In this document: positions 18,535 through 27,803 of the stretch, piece by piece
Numbering within the stretch: position 1 is the stretch's first letter
How the letters are laid out: each line of letters opens with the position of its first letter
Assembly (NCBI GenBank): GCA_963805625.1
Contig: CAWDVE010000018.1
Coordinates: 80,548-144,547 of the forward strand
Direction of reading: 5' to 3'
Source: an uncultured Candidatus Rokubacteria bacterium
GTDB taxonomy: Bacteria > Methylomirabilota > Methylomirabilia > Rokubacteriales > DASRDR01
Length of the DNA stretch: 64,000 nt
Notes under the pieces: model-generated
Database searches by the model: none
What the model saw: the letters and a program-made list of their open reading frames with translations, nothing else
What the model was told of the DNA's origin: nothing
Made by a program: the position numbers and the translations under genes

Positions 18535-19863
18535 TCACACCCAGGGGGAGTGGCTGCCCGAGGCGCCGAACGTCCGGCCCGCGGCGTACCGGTCGAACGC
18601 GAACGGCTTGAGCTCGGGCACGTCGTCGCCCATCAGCAGCCGGGCCACCAGCTTGCCAGCGCCCGTCATCTTGAAGCCGTGGTTCGAGTCCGCGATCATG
18701 AAGACGTTCGGCGCCACCCAGTCGAACACGGGCACGTTGTCGGGCGTGAACGCGCCAATGCCGCCGTTGCGCCGCTCCCGGAACTGCGGGCGGCAGCCCT
18801 TGAACCGCGACATGGTCTGCCCCATCGCCGCACAGAAGTAGTCCGCGAACCACGAGTCCGCCTGGTACTCGTCGTTCGCGTGGCCGTAGGGATCGGTGAC
18901 GGCCGTGGGCCCGAGCTTGACGGGCGTAGTACCGCCCTGGAGGCCGGGGCGGTCCATCCGCTCGTTGCCGTTCTTGAAGTACACGTACGTGAAGTCCTTG
19001 ATCGGCCGCCCCGAGCTCGGGTCGACGACGGGCTCCGAGGTCTCGACGTGGAGCACCGGCGGGTTCAGGCCTGCCGCCGTCAGGTACGGCTCGTCGTAGT
19101 AGACCTCCCCCTCCAGAAGCCGCCAGTACGTCCACATGTCCTTGGTGTCGACGGTGCCGTCGGGATAGCGACAGGTGAGCCTCGCGGGCTTGCCGAGCAT
19201 CGCCCAGTGCTTGGGAGTCCAGGCGCCGAGACCCCAGACGACGACGTCGCAGGTGATCCGGCCCTGGTCGGTCAGTACCGCGCGCACCCGGCCGCCCTCG
19301 ACATCGTACCCCGTCACCTCCACACCGGGCAGGACCCGGACGCCATGCTCGGCGCACTTCCCGGCCAGGCCGACCACGGCTTGCCGGGTCCCGGCGTAGC
19401 CGCTCACCCGCTCGTGAAGGGCGAGCCCGACGCGCGAGGTATTGAAGTCGGGCCAGAGGCCGCGGACGAACCGGCGCGCGTCCTCGCCGGCGTAGAGGTC
19501 GGAGGGGTAGCCGGCCGCGTTCTGGCTCTTCCAGACCCGCTCGTAGGCAGGGAGGTTCTGCTCCTCGTCCACGCCGACGTAACCCACCTGCTGGAACCCG
19601 AACGCGACCGGATCGTACGTCCAGACGTCCACGCTGTGACGGAGGATCGCGTGGAGCGGCTCGGTCATGTAGAGGTTCCGCACGCAGCCGCAGGCGATGC
19701 CCGACGCGCCCGCGCCCACCCCGGTCTTGTCGAGCACGACGACGTCCTGCCCCGTGCCCCGGCGGCGGCGCCCGAGCTCGAGGGCGAGATGCCAGCCGGT
19801 GCTGAGCCCGTGGATGCCGGCACCGATGACAACCGCGTGGACACTCTTCGGGACTTGACTCAT
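18535..19863 (-). CDS. FAD-dependent oxidoreductase, N-methylglutamate dehydrogenase subunit A (MgdA)-like
   Basis: IGAGIHGLST.WHLA, DKTG..AGASGIACG.VRN, ADSNHGFKM, C-terminal SPW. Confidence 0.75.
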   Translation of the reverse strand: MSQVPKSVHAVVIGAGIHGLSTGWHLALELGRRRRGTGQDVVVLDKTGVGAGASGIACGCVRNLYMTEPLHAILRHSVDVWTYDPVAFGFQQVGYVGVDEEQNLPAYERVWKSQNAAGYPSDLYAGEDARRFVRGLWPDFNTSRVGLALHERVSGYAGTRQAVVGLAGKCAEHGVRVLPGVEVTGYDVEGGRVRAVLTDQGRITCDVVVWGLGAWTPKHWAMLGKPARLTCRYPDGTVDTKDMWTYWRLLEGEVYYDEPYLTAAGLNPPVLHVETSEPVVDPSSGRPIKDFTYVYFKNGNERMDRPGLQGGTTPVKLGPTAVTDPYGHANDEYQADSWFADYFCAAMGQTMSRFKGCRPQFRERRNGGIGAFTPDNVPVFDWVAPNVFMIADSNHGFKMTGAGKLVARLLMGDDVPELKPFAFDRYAAGRTFGASGSHSPWV

Positions 19864-19970
19864 GCGGACCTCCGGAGTCGCGGATCGCCCGAGGGGGCCG
19901 GACTTCTGTACCACTCGCTTCCGGAGCTCGTCAAGCCAGGGTCCTCCCGCGACCTCGAGACGGGGCCGAG

Positions 19971-20268
19971 TCAGACCTTCGCGGCCTTTTCGCGGCCTTG
20001 ATGCATTCGCACTGAGACACTGCAGCCCTTGCGGTCCGGAAAGAGCACGAGCCACGACTCGTGGGCGCCCGCCAGGAGGCTGAGGCCCTCCGGGGACGGC
20101 CTGTCGCACGGGTCGGCATCAACCGCTCTCGCGACCGCAGCCGACGCAGGTGAGAAGTACGCTCTGACCTCACAATGGAGGCGCCCTTCCGATTCATGCC
20201 GAACGAAGATGGCCATGTCCCTGGGGCCGCCGGCCCGCGCGTACTCCGACAGGAAGAGCTCTTCGCCC
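19971..20268 (-). pseudogene. C-terminal remnant of a small conserved hypothetical protein
   Basis: Frame reads ..EELFLSEYARAGGPRDMAIFVRHESEGRLHCEVRAYFSP..; 5' end is replaced by the nitroreductase stub. Confidence 0.45.
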
Positions 20269-20269
20269 G

Positions 20270-20427
20270 ATCAGCCGGTTGCCCCCGTTGGGCGCCCGCA
20301 CCGCGGCTTCGAAGATCAACTGGAGATCCGGAAGCGGGATCGCGTCGGGCCGGAACCGCCGGATCGACCGCTGGGTGAAGATGGCTTCGCCCACCGACAT
20401 GTCGAGCCGCCCATGGTCGATCGTCAT
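20270..20427 (-). pseudogene. Truncated nitroreductase (N-terminal ~50 aa only)
   Basis: GGAGGAGG SD + ATG; AIFTQRSIRRF..D.IP..DL..I.EAA..APNGGN, then abrupt loss of similarity. Confidence 0.7.
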
Positions 20428-20555
20428 CGCGCCTCCTCCGTGAGCGTGCACCACCGTGCGCCAGACGGTGTCCGGCCGCGCTGCCCGCGGGCCCCGTCCT
20501 TGACGGCCCCGCGCGGCCCATGATACGGGCTTGTACGCATCACGTGCGACGACTG

Positions 20556-21941
20556 ATGGAGACCTTTGCCGAGGTGCTCGCGACCTTCGCGGCGGGGCTG
20601 GCTCCCGGCCGGGTGCCCCGGGCCGTCGCCGAGCAGGCCGCGCGCCTGCTCGTGGACACCGCCGGGGTGGCACTGGCCGCCGTGCCCGAGGACTTCGCGG
20701 GCAGCGTCCAGACGGTCGCGCGGGCCCTCGGCGGACCGCCCGAGTCGAGTCTCTGGGGCGGGCGCGAGCAGATCGGGATGGCCGCCGCGGTCCTGGCCAA
20801 CGGCACGCTGGCGCACGGACTCGACTACGACGACACGCTGGAGGAGGCGATCGTCCACACCGGATCCTGCTGCGTAACGGCGGCGCTCGCCGCCGGCGAA
20901 GCCCGCCATGCCTCAGGCGCCGAGGTGCTGGCGGCAATCGTGGCCGGCGTCGAGGTCATGGCCGCGGTCGGGAGCGCCTGCCCGGGCGCGTTCCACCGGC
21001 GTGGCTTCCATCCCACCGCGCTGTGCGGGTCCTTCGGCGCGGCGGCGGCCACCGGGCGGCTCCTCGGGCTGACCGCGGCGGAGCTGACCACGGCCTTCGG
21101 GCTCTGCGGCAGCCAGGCGAGCGGGATCATCGAGTACCTGACGGACGGCACCTGGACCAAGCGCCTCCACGCCGGCTGGGCGGCTCACGCGGGAGTCGTC
21201 GCGGCGATGCTCGCGCACGCCGGCTTCACAGGCCCCCGGACGGTCTTCGAAGGCACTCACGGCTTCTACCGGGGATTCGGCGGCGAGCTCCCCGACGCCG
21301 GCCGCCTCGCGGGGCTCGCGGCCGGGCTCGGTCGCGAGTGGGCGATCCAGCGCCTCATGTTCAAGGCGTATCCGTGCGGGTCGATCAACCAGCCCTACAT
21401 GGACTGCGCGGCCCGGATCCGCGCGCTCCCGGGGTTCGATCCGGCGGCGATCCGGGCAATCATCTGCCGGACGGCGGAAGGCCCGGTGCACCGGCTCTGG
21501 GAGCCGCTTGCGGAGAAACAGCGGCCCACGACGCCCTATGGCGCCAAGTTCAGTCTGCCGTACTGCATTGCGCTCGTGCTGGTGGAGGGGGCGGCGGGGG
21601 TCGACGGCTTCAGCGAAGCGAAGACCCGGGACCCGCGCATCCTGGCGGTTGCCGGGAAGGTCCGCTACGTGCTCGACCCGAGCCTGCCCTACCCTCAGCG
21701 CTTCACGGGGCATGTGCGGGTTGAGCTCGGCGACGGGCGCGTGCTCGAGGAAACTCAGGATGCGCCGCGGGGCGGCCCGGAGCATCCGCTCGGGCTCGAG
21801 GAGCTGCGGGCGAAGTTCCGCGCCAACGCGGCCCGAGCCCTGCCGGCCGCACAAGTGGACCTGTTGCTCGAGCGGCTGCTCGCGATTGACGGGGCAGGGG
21901 ATGTCGCGCCGATCGTCGCGCGCCTCCGGCGCGCGGCGTGA
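20556..21941 (+). CDS. MmgE/PrpD family protein
   Basis: NGTLAHGLDYDD, GFHPT, KRLHAG, FEGTHG, FKAYPCG, KFSLPY. Confidence 0.9.
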   Translation: METFAEVLATFAAGLAPGRVPRAVAEQAARLLVDTAGVALAAVPEDFAGSVQTVARALGGPPESSLWGGREQIGMAAAVLANGTLAHGLDYDDTLEEAIVHTGSCCVTAALAAGEARHASGAEVLAAIVAGVEVMAAVGSACPGAFHRRGFHPTALCGSFGAAAATGRLLGLTAAELTTAFGLCGSQASGIIEYLTDGTWTKRLHAGWAAHAGVVAAMLAHAGFTGPRTVFEGTHGFYRGFGGELPDAGRLAGLAAGLGREWAIQRLMFKAYPCGSINQPYMDCAARIRALPGFDPAAIRAIICRTAEGPVHRLWEPLAEKQRPTTPYGAKFSLPYCIALVLVEGAAGVDGFSEAKTRDPRILAVAGKVRYVLDPSLPYPQRFTGHVRVELGDGRVLEETQDAPRGGPEHPLGLEELRAKFRANAARALPAAQVDLLLERLLAIDGAGDVAPIVARLRRAA

Positions 21942-21972
21942 GGTGATGAACGCACACGAGAGGAGGCCGACG

Positions 21973-22998
21973 ATGACTCAGCGGAGATTTTGGGCAGTCC
22001 TGGCCGGACTGGGCCTCGCGTTCGGGCTCTGGGCCCGCGCCGAGGCGGCGGACCCGGCGGTGATGGAGGCCGCCAAGAAGGAGGGCACGGTCGTCTGGTA
22101 CTCGTCGCTCGGGCTGTCGGTCGCCCAGAAGGTCTGCGACGCCTTCAACAAGAAGGCGCTCGGCATCACCTGCGAGCTGACCCGGGACGGGTCGCAGCGC
22201 ATCTTCCAGAAGGTCATGCAAGAGGCCGGCGCCGGGCTTGCCATCGCGGACGTCGTGCACACCTCCGACATCTCGCACTTCCTCGAGTTCCAACAGAAGA
22301 ACATGCTGATGCGCTACCTCCCGGCCGGCGCGGACAAGTTCCGGGCCGACTTCCGGGACAAGGACGGGCTCTACACGATCCTGCGCGGCACGCCCTACGT
22401 GATCGGCTACAACACGCAGAAGGTGAGCGCCGCCGACGCCCCCAAGACCTGGAAGGACCTCGCCGACGCCAAGTGGAAGGGCAAGCTGGTCCACGCGCAC
22501 CCTGGGTACAGCGGCGTGGTGATGACGGGCATCATCGGCCTCCTCCCCGTGATGGGCGGGTGGGACTACTACGCAGCGGTGGCGAAGAACAACCCCCTCG
22601 TCGTCCAGTCGGCGGAGGACCCGCCGATGAAGCTGTCGGGTGGCGAAGCCTGGGTGGGGCCGACGGGCGAGTACAACCTCTACCGCGAGGTGAAGAAGGG
22701 CAACCCCATCCAGATCGTCTTCCCCGTGGAGGGCGTGCCCTTCGTGACCTCGGCCAACGCGATCCTGACCAAGGCGCCCCATCCGAACGCCGCGAAAGTG
22801 TTCACCGACTTCCTGTTCGACAAGGACGCCCAACAGATCCTCGCGGACGACGGCCTCTACGTGCCGAACGAGGCCGTGACCTACCCGAAGGACAAGCGGC
22901 CCCTCAAGGAGCTGAAGTTGATCAAGGTCGATCCCGAGGAGATGCAGAAGCGGGACGACGAGGTCAAGAAGAAGTTCCGCGAGCTGTTCGGGGTCTGA
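21973..22998 (+). CDS. ABC transporter substrate-binding protein (Fe3+/thiamine/polyamine-type fold)
   Basis: Signal peptide, AAKKEGTVVWYSS, PKTWKDL, APHPNAAKVF; AGGAGG SD. Confidence 0.88.
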   Translation: MTQRRFWAVLAGLGLAFGLWARAEAADPAVMEAAKKEGTVVWYSSLGLSVAQKVCDAFNKKALGITCELTRDGSQRIFQKVMQEAGAGLAIADVVHTSDISHFLEFQQKNMLMRYLPAGADKFRADFRDKDGLYTILRGTPYVIGYNTQKVSAADAPKTWKDLADAKWKGKLVHAHPGYSGVVMTGIIGLLPVMGGWDYYAAVAKNNPLVVQSAEDPPMKLSGGEAWVGPTGEYNLYREVKKGNPIQIVFPVEGVPFVTSANAILTKAPHPNAAKVFTDFLFDKDAQQILADDGLYVPNEAVTYPKDKRPLKELKLIKVDPEEMQKRDDEVKKKFRELFGV

Positions 22999-23002
22999 CG
23001 AG

Positions 23003-24721
23003 GTGGCGGGCGCGGCGGCGGGGACGGCGATCACGACCGGGACGACGACGCGGGCACGCCTTGACGCCGCGCCGGCGGTCTGGCTCCTGAGCGCCGCGAT
23101 CCTCGCCGTCCTCGTCGTCGCGCCCCTCGCTATCCTCCTGGTCACCGCCGTCCGGGTGCCGGAGGGGTCGGGCTTCAGCCTGGCGAACTTCGTCGAGGCG
23201 TTCGGCCAGGCGATGTACCGCGGGCCGGTCGGGAACTCGCTCGTCTACGCGACGTCGGTCGGCATCCTGAGCGTTCTCGTCGGGGCGCCGATGGCCTGGC
23301 TCGTCACCCGGACGGACATGCCCGGCAAGGGAATCGTCCGGACGCTCACCATCGCCGCCTTCGTCACCCCGTCCTTCCTCGGGGCCACCGCCTACGTGAT
23401 CCTGGCGGGTCCGAACGCGGGGCTCTTCAACGTGCTCTACCGGGCCGTCACCGGCGCGGAGGGGGCGCTCGTCAACATCTTCTCCATGTCGGGTCTGATC
23501 TACGTGACCAGCCTCTACACCTTTCCGGTGGTCTTCATCCTGACGAGCGCCGCGCTGACCACCACGCCAGCCGACCTGGAGGAAGCGGCGCGGATCGCGG
23601 GCGCGGGCCGCCTCGCCGTGATGCGCACGATCACCCTGCCATTGGCGCTGCCGGCGATCGTCGGGGGCTTCATCCTCGCCTTCCTCGAAGCCCTGGTGCT
23701 CTTCGGCGCGCCGGCCATGCTGGCCATCCCGGCGCGCTTCCACGTCATGACCACCCAGATCTGGGCGTTCTTCCACTACCCGCCGCAGGTGGAGGTGGCC
23801 GCGGCCTACGCGATGCCGCTCCTCCTGGTCGCGGTCGTGCTGCTCTGGGCGCAACGCCGTCTGATGGGCCGGCGCGGCTACTCGACCGTGGGCGGGCGGG
23901 CCACGGGCGCGGCCCCTGTGACGCTCGGTCCCGGGCGGTGGGCTGCCCTCGGCACCTGCGGCGGGGTGCTGCTCCTCTCGATCGGGCTCCCGTACTTCGC
24001 CCTCCTCCGGGCCGCCCTCGCCAAGGCCTGGGGCCTCGGGTGGTCGTGGCAGAACCTCACCCTGCGAAACTTCCGCTACGTGATCTTCGAGTTCGACCCG
24101 ACCCGGTCAGCCATCGTGAACACACTCGAACTGGCGGCCGTCACCGCCACCCTCGCGGCCCTCCTGATGGGCGCGATCGCGTACGTCGCCCAGCGGCGGC
24201 TCCTGTGGGGGGCGCGCTCGCTCGCGTTCCTGGCCATGGCGCCTCTCGCGATCCCGGGCATCGTCCTCTCCATCGGCCTCTTCAAGGCGTACTCGCGGCC
24301 GCCGGTCCTGCTCTACGGGACCATCTGGATCATCTTCGTCGCGTACCTGACCAAGTACCTGCCGATCGCCTACACGGCCTGTCATGCCGCCATCCAAACG
24401 GTGCACGTGGACCTCGAGGACGCGGCCCGGATCCTCGGCGCCAACCGTCTGGTCGCCTTCAAGGATGTGACGGTGCCCCTTTTCGGCGCGGGGCTCGTCT
24501 CGGCGTGGCTCCTCGTGTTCCTTCCGAGCCTCCGGGAGCTCTCCTCCTCGATCCTCCTCTTCACGACCCGTTCGCGCGTCGTGTCCGTCGTCATCTACAG
24601 CCTCTACGAGGAGGGTCTCTGGGAAGCCGTGTCGGCCCTCGGGATCCTGCTGCTCGGGCTCACCCTCGTCCTCGTGGCCGTCGCGCAGCGGTTCCTGGGT
24701 CGGCGCTTCCTCCAGATCTGA
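23003..24721 (+). CDS. ABC permease, FbpB-type with two TM domains
   Basis: Two EAA loops (LEEAARIAGA, LEDAARILGA). Confidence 0.9.
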   Translation: MAGAAAGTAITTGTTTRARLDAAPAVWLLSAAILAVLVVAPLAILLVTAVRVPEGSGFSLANFVEAFGQAMYRGPVGNSLVYATSVGILSVLVGAPMAWLVTRTDMPGKGIVRTLTIAAFVTPSFLGATAYVILAGPNAGLFNVLYRAVTGAEGALVNIFSMSGLIYVTSLYTFPVVFILTSAALTTTPADLEEAARIAGAGRLAVMRTITLPLALPAIVGGFILAFLEALVLFGAPAMLAIPARFHVMTTQIWAFFHYPPQVEVAAAYAMPLLLVAVVLLWAQRRLMGRRGYSTVGGRATGAAPVTLGPGRWAALGTCGGVLLLSIGLPYFALLRAALAKAWGLGWSWQNLTLRNFRYVIFEFDPTRSAIVNTLELAAVTATLAALLMGAIAYVAQRRLLWGARSLAFLAMAPLAIPGIVLSIGLFKAYSRPPVLLYGTIWIIFVAYLTKYLPIAYTACHAAIQTVHVDLEDAARILGANRLVAFKDVTVPLFGAGLVSAWLLVFLPSLRELSSSILLFTTRSRVVSVVIYSLYEEGLWEAVSALGILLLGLTLVLVAVAQRFLGRRFLQI

Positions 24722-24730
24722 CCCGTCGCG

Positions 24731-25822
24731 ATGGCCGCGGTCCGCCTGCAGGCGCTCACCAAGCGGTACGGCGAGGACGTCGCGGCCGTCCGGGACCTCA
24801 CGCTCGAGATCCGTCACGGGGAGCTCCTGTCGCTCCTCGGCCCCTCGGGCTGCGGGAAGACCACTACCCTCCGCCTCATCGCGGGATTCCTCGCTCCCGA
24901 CACCGGCGAGATCTGGCTCGGGGACCGCCGTCTCTCGTCCGCGGGGGAGGCCGTGCCGCCCGAGCGCCGCGGGATGAGCATGCTCTTCCAGTCCTACGCG
25001 GTCTGGCCCCACAAGACGGTGGCGGAGAACGTGACCTACGGCCTGAAGTTCCGCGCCGTGCCCCGGGCGGAGTGGCCCCGGCGTCTCCGGGAGGCCCTGG
25101 TGCTGGTACGGCTCGAGGGGTTCGCCGACCGCTATCCGGGCGAGCTCTCCGGCGGTCAGCAGCAGCGCGTCGCCCTCGCGCGGGCCCTGATCGTGGAGCC
25201 CACGATCCTGCTCCTGGACGAGCCCCTCAGCAACCTGGACGCACACCTGCGGGAGGAGATGCGGTTCGAGATCCGGCGGGTGCACGAGGCCCTGCAGATC
25301 ACGACCGTCTACGTGACCCACGACCAGGCCGAGGCGATGGTCACCTCGGACCGCATCGCCGTGATGAACGCCGGTCGGCTCGAGCAGGTGGGCACAGCGG
25401 TCGAGGTGTACGAGCGACCGGCCACGGCGTTCGTGGCGAGCTTCATCGGTCGCACGAATCTCTTGAAGGGGCGGCTCGCCGCCGACGGGCGGGTCGCCTG
25501 CGAAGGCGGCCTCGAGCTGGTCACGGCGGCCGGACCGGAGCACCCTCCGGGGGAGGCGGTCGCGGTCTCGATCCGGCCTCACACGGTCGGCCTCGCGCCG
25601 GCAGCGGGCGCGGGGGCCCCGACGGTGGACGACGCGCGGCTGAACGTCTTCACCGGCACGGTCACCCGGGCCAGCTACTTCGGCGACGCGATGGACTATC
25701 AGGTGGCGATCGCGGGGACTGACTGCACGCTCCGGGCGGCAGGGCCGCCGGAGTCCCGGCTCGTCTTCGGTCAGGCCGTGGTCATCCGGATTGCGGCGGA
25801 TCGCTGCATTCTCGTCCGATGA
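24731..25822 (+). CDS. ABC ATPase with TOBE domain (FbpC/PotA type)
   Basis: GPSGCGKT, LSGGQQQR, LLLDEP. Confidence 0.92.
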   Translation: MAAVRLQALTKRYGEDVAAVRDLTLEIRHGELLSLLGPSGCGKTTTLRLIAGFLAPDTGEIWLGDRRLSSAGEAVPPERRGMSMLFQSYAVWPHKTVAENVTYGLKFRAVPRAEWPRRLREALVLVRLEGFADRYPGELSGGQQQRVALARALIVEPTILLLDEPLSNLDAHLREEMRFEIRRVHEALQITTVYVTHDQAEAMVTSDRIAVMNAGRLEQVGTAVEVYERPATAFVASFIGRTNLLKGRLAADGRVACEGGLELVTAAGPEHPPGEAVAVSIRPHTVGLAPAAGAGAPTVDDARLNVFTGTVTRASYFGDAMDYQVAIAGTDCTLRAAGPPESRLVFGQAVVIRIAADRCILVR

Positions 25823-25851
25823 GTCGGTGAGCGCGCCGACGGAGCGACGCC

Positions 25852-26637
25852 ATGCCCGCTCGATCGTCCCAGCCTCGGCTGCACGGCAAGGTCGCCATCG
25901 TCACGGGCGCCGCGATGGGCCTCGGCGAGGCCATCGCTCGGCGGTTCGCGGAGGAGGGCGCGCGCGTCGCCTGCGTGGACGTCCGGCCGGGGCCCAACGA
26001 CGCGGTCGTCGACGCGATCCGGTTGGAGGGCGGCGAGGCCCTCTCCGTCGAGGCGAGCGTCGCGGCGAGCGCCGACACCCAGCGGATCGTCGAGGTGACG
26101 CTCGAGCGCTTCGGCCGCATTGACATCCTCGTCAACAACGCCGGGATCCTCCCCTCCCGGGAAACCGTCCTCGAGACCACCGAGGCCGACTGGGACGAGA
26201 CGATGCGGGTGAACGTCAAGGGCGTGTTCCTCATGAGCCGCGCCGTCCTGCCGGCGATGATCGGCCAGGGTGGCGGGGCGCTCGTGAACCTCTCGTCGAT
26301 CACCGGAGTGGTGGGTCTCCCGGTCCGCCCCGCCTACTCGGCGTCGAAGGGAGCGGTCGCCATCCTCACGAAGCAGATGGCGGTCGATTTCGGCCGGCAC
26401 GGCATCCGCGTCAACGCACTCAGCCCGTCCTTCGTCATCACGAACATCAACCGCGCGATGTTCGACCGGATGCGGGCCGAGGGGGCGCCGTGGGAGCGGC
26501 TGCTCGACCAGCACCTGCTCCGCCGCCTCGGCGAGCCCCGCGATGTCGCGGACGCGGCCCTGTTCCTCGCGTCGGATGAGGCGCGCTGGATCACCGGCGT
26601 CACCCTGCCGGTGGACGGGGGCTACACCGCCCACTGA
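25852..26637 (+). CDS. Short-chain dehydrogenase/reductase
   Basis: TGAAMGLG, NNAG, YSASK, DGG. Confidence 0.92.
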   Translation: MPARSSQPRLHGKVAIVTGAAMGLGEAIARRFAEEGARVACVDVRPGPNDAVVDAIRLEGGEALSVEASVAASADTQRIVEVTLERFGRIDILVNNAGILPSRETVLETTEADWDETMRVNVKGVFLMSRAVLPAMIGQGGGALVNLSSITGVVGLPVRPAYSASKGAVAILTKQMAVDFGRHGIRVNALSPSFVITNINRAMFDRMRAEGAPWERLLDQHLLRRLGEPRDVADAALFLASDEARWITGVTLPVDGGYTAH

Positions 26638-26688
26638 CGGCTGCCTCATCCCCTCGCTCGCGACCACTTGACGCGAGGGAGGGACGCG

Positions 26689-27798
26689 CTAGGGCTCCGA
26701 GAGCTCCTCGATCGCCGCCGCGAAACGCCGGCGGGCCTGCGGGTCGTCGATATGCCCCGCGAGATGCTCGTAGAAATCCTTCGTGTTGCTCGCCTGCTTG
26801 GCGGCGCGCTTGACGAGGAGCTTGGCGACGGGGCCGATATGGACGGCCAGCCGGTCCTCGGCCTCGGCCAGCACCTCGGGCGACAGCGGCCGCCCGGGCG
26901 TCGTCCCGGCCGGAGGGGCCGTCGCGGGGGGGCGCGCCGGGGACGGCGGCGGTGCCGAGAGTGGCCTCCCCACGTCACCGAGCCGGCGCCGGAAGGCCGC
27001 GCGCTGCGACTCGGGCAGGGCGCCGTCGAGCAGCTGGCAGAGCGCCGGCAGGTCCGGCGCCGACTTCGCCGCCTTCCGCACCAGCACCCGCGCGAGCGGT
27101 CCGATGCTCTCGGCGAGCGCGCCCTCGATGCGAGCGAGGACCGCGGCGTCGAAGCCCCCGGTTGCGGCAGGCACGAACTCGGAGCTCTCCACTCGGCCTC
27201 GCGGCGGCGCCGCCGCCGCCGCCTCGGCCTGGTCCGACGCCGGGGTGGCGCCGGTCCCACCTGTCGTCATCACGTACACTTCGTGCTCCCGGACGTGCTT
27301 GTCGCGGTGGATACCCAGGTAGTGGAACAGCCGCGTGTATTCCTGGGAGAGCCGCGACACGATCTCGTAGAAGGAGCGCGAGACTAGGATCTGGTTCGGC
27401 TCGGCGAAGCTCATGACCCGCTGGGCGACGTTGATCCCGTCGCCCAGGATGTTGCGCTGGCCGTTGACGTCCTTGACGATCCGGAGCGGCCCGAGGTTGA
27501 TGCCGATGCGGAGGGCGAGCTCGGGGCCGACAGCCACGCTGCCCGCCCGCAGGTTGCTGGCGGCGAACAGGGCGTCCTCCGGGTCGCCGAGGAAGCAGAG
27601 GGCCGCCCCGTCGCCGGTGTCGAGCATCATCCGATCGCCAGCCGGGACGTGCTCGAGCACGCCTGCGATCAGCCCGTTGAGCCGAGTCTTCAGCTCGACC
27701 TGCTGCGGCACGAGGCGCTCCGAGTAACCGACGATGTCGACGAACACCACCGTGGCGATGAACGTTCGGTGACCGGGCTCGGCAGGCCCCTGCTCCAT
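26689..27798 (-). CDS. Class III nucleotidyl cyclase with duplicated C-terminal helical domain
   Basis: FVDIVGYS, TGDG, RIGINLGP, GDGINVAQRV; repeats LAESIGPLARVLVRKAA / LAVHIGPVAKLLVKRAA. Confidence 0.85.
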   Translation of the reverse strand: MEQGPAEPGHRTFIATVVFVDIVGYSERLVPQQVELKTRLNGLIAGVLEHVPAGDRMMLDTGDGAALCFLGDPEDALFAASNLRAGSVAVGPELALRIGINLGPLRIVKDVNGQRNILGDGINVAQRVMSFAEPNQILVSRSFYEIVSRLSQEYTRLFHYLGIHRDKHVREHEVYVMTTGGTGATPASDQAEAAAAAPPRGRVESSEFVPAATGGFDAAVLARIEGALAESIGPLARVLVRKAAKSAPDLPALCQLLDGALPESQRAAFRRRLGDVGRPLSAPPPSPARPPATAPPAGTTPGRPLSPEVLAEAEDRLAVHIGPVAKLLVKRAAKQASNTKDFYEHLAGHIDDPQARRRFAAAIEELSEP

Positions 27799-27803
27799 GA
27801 GCC

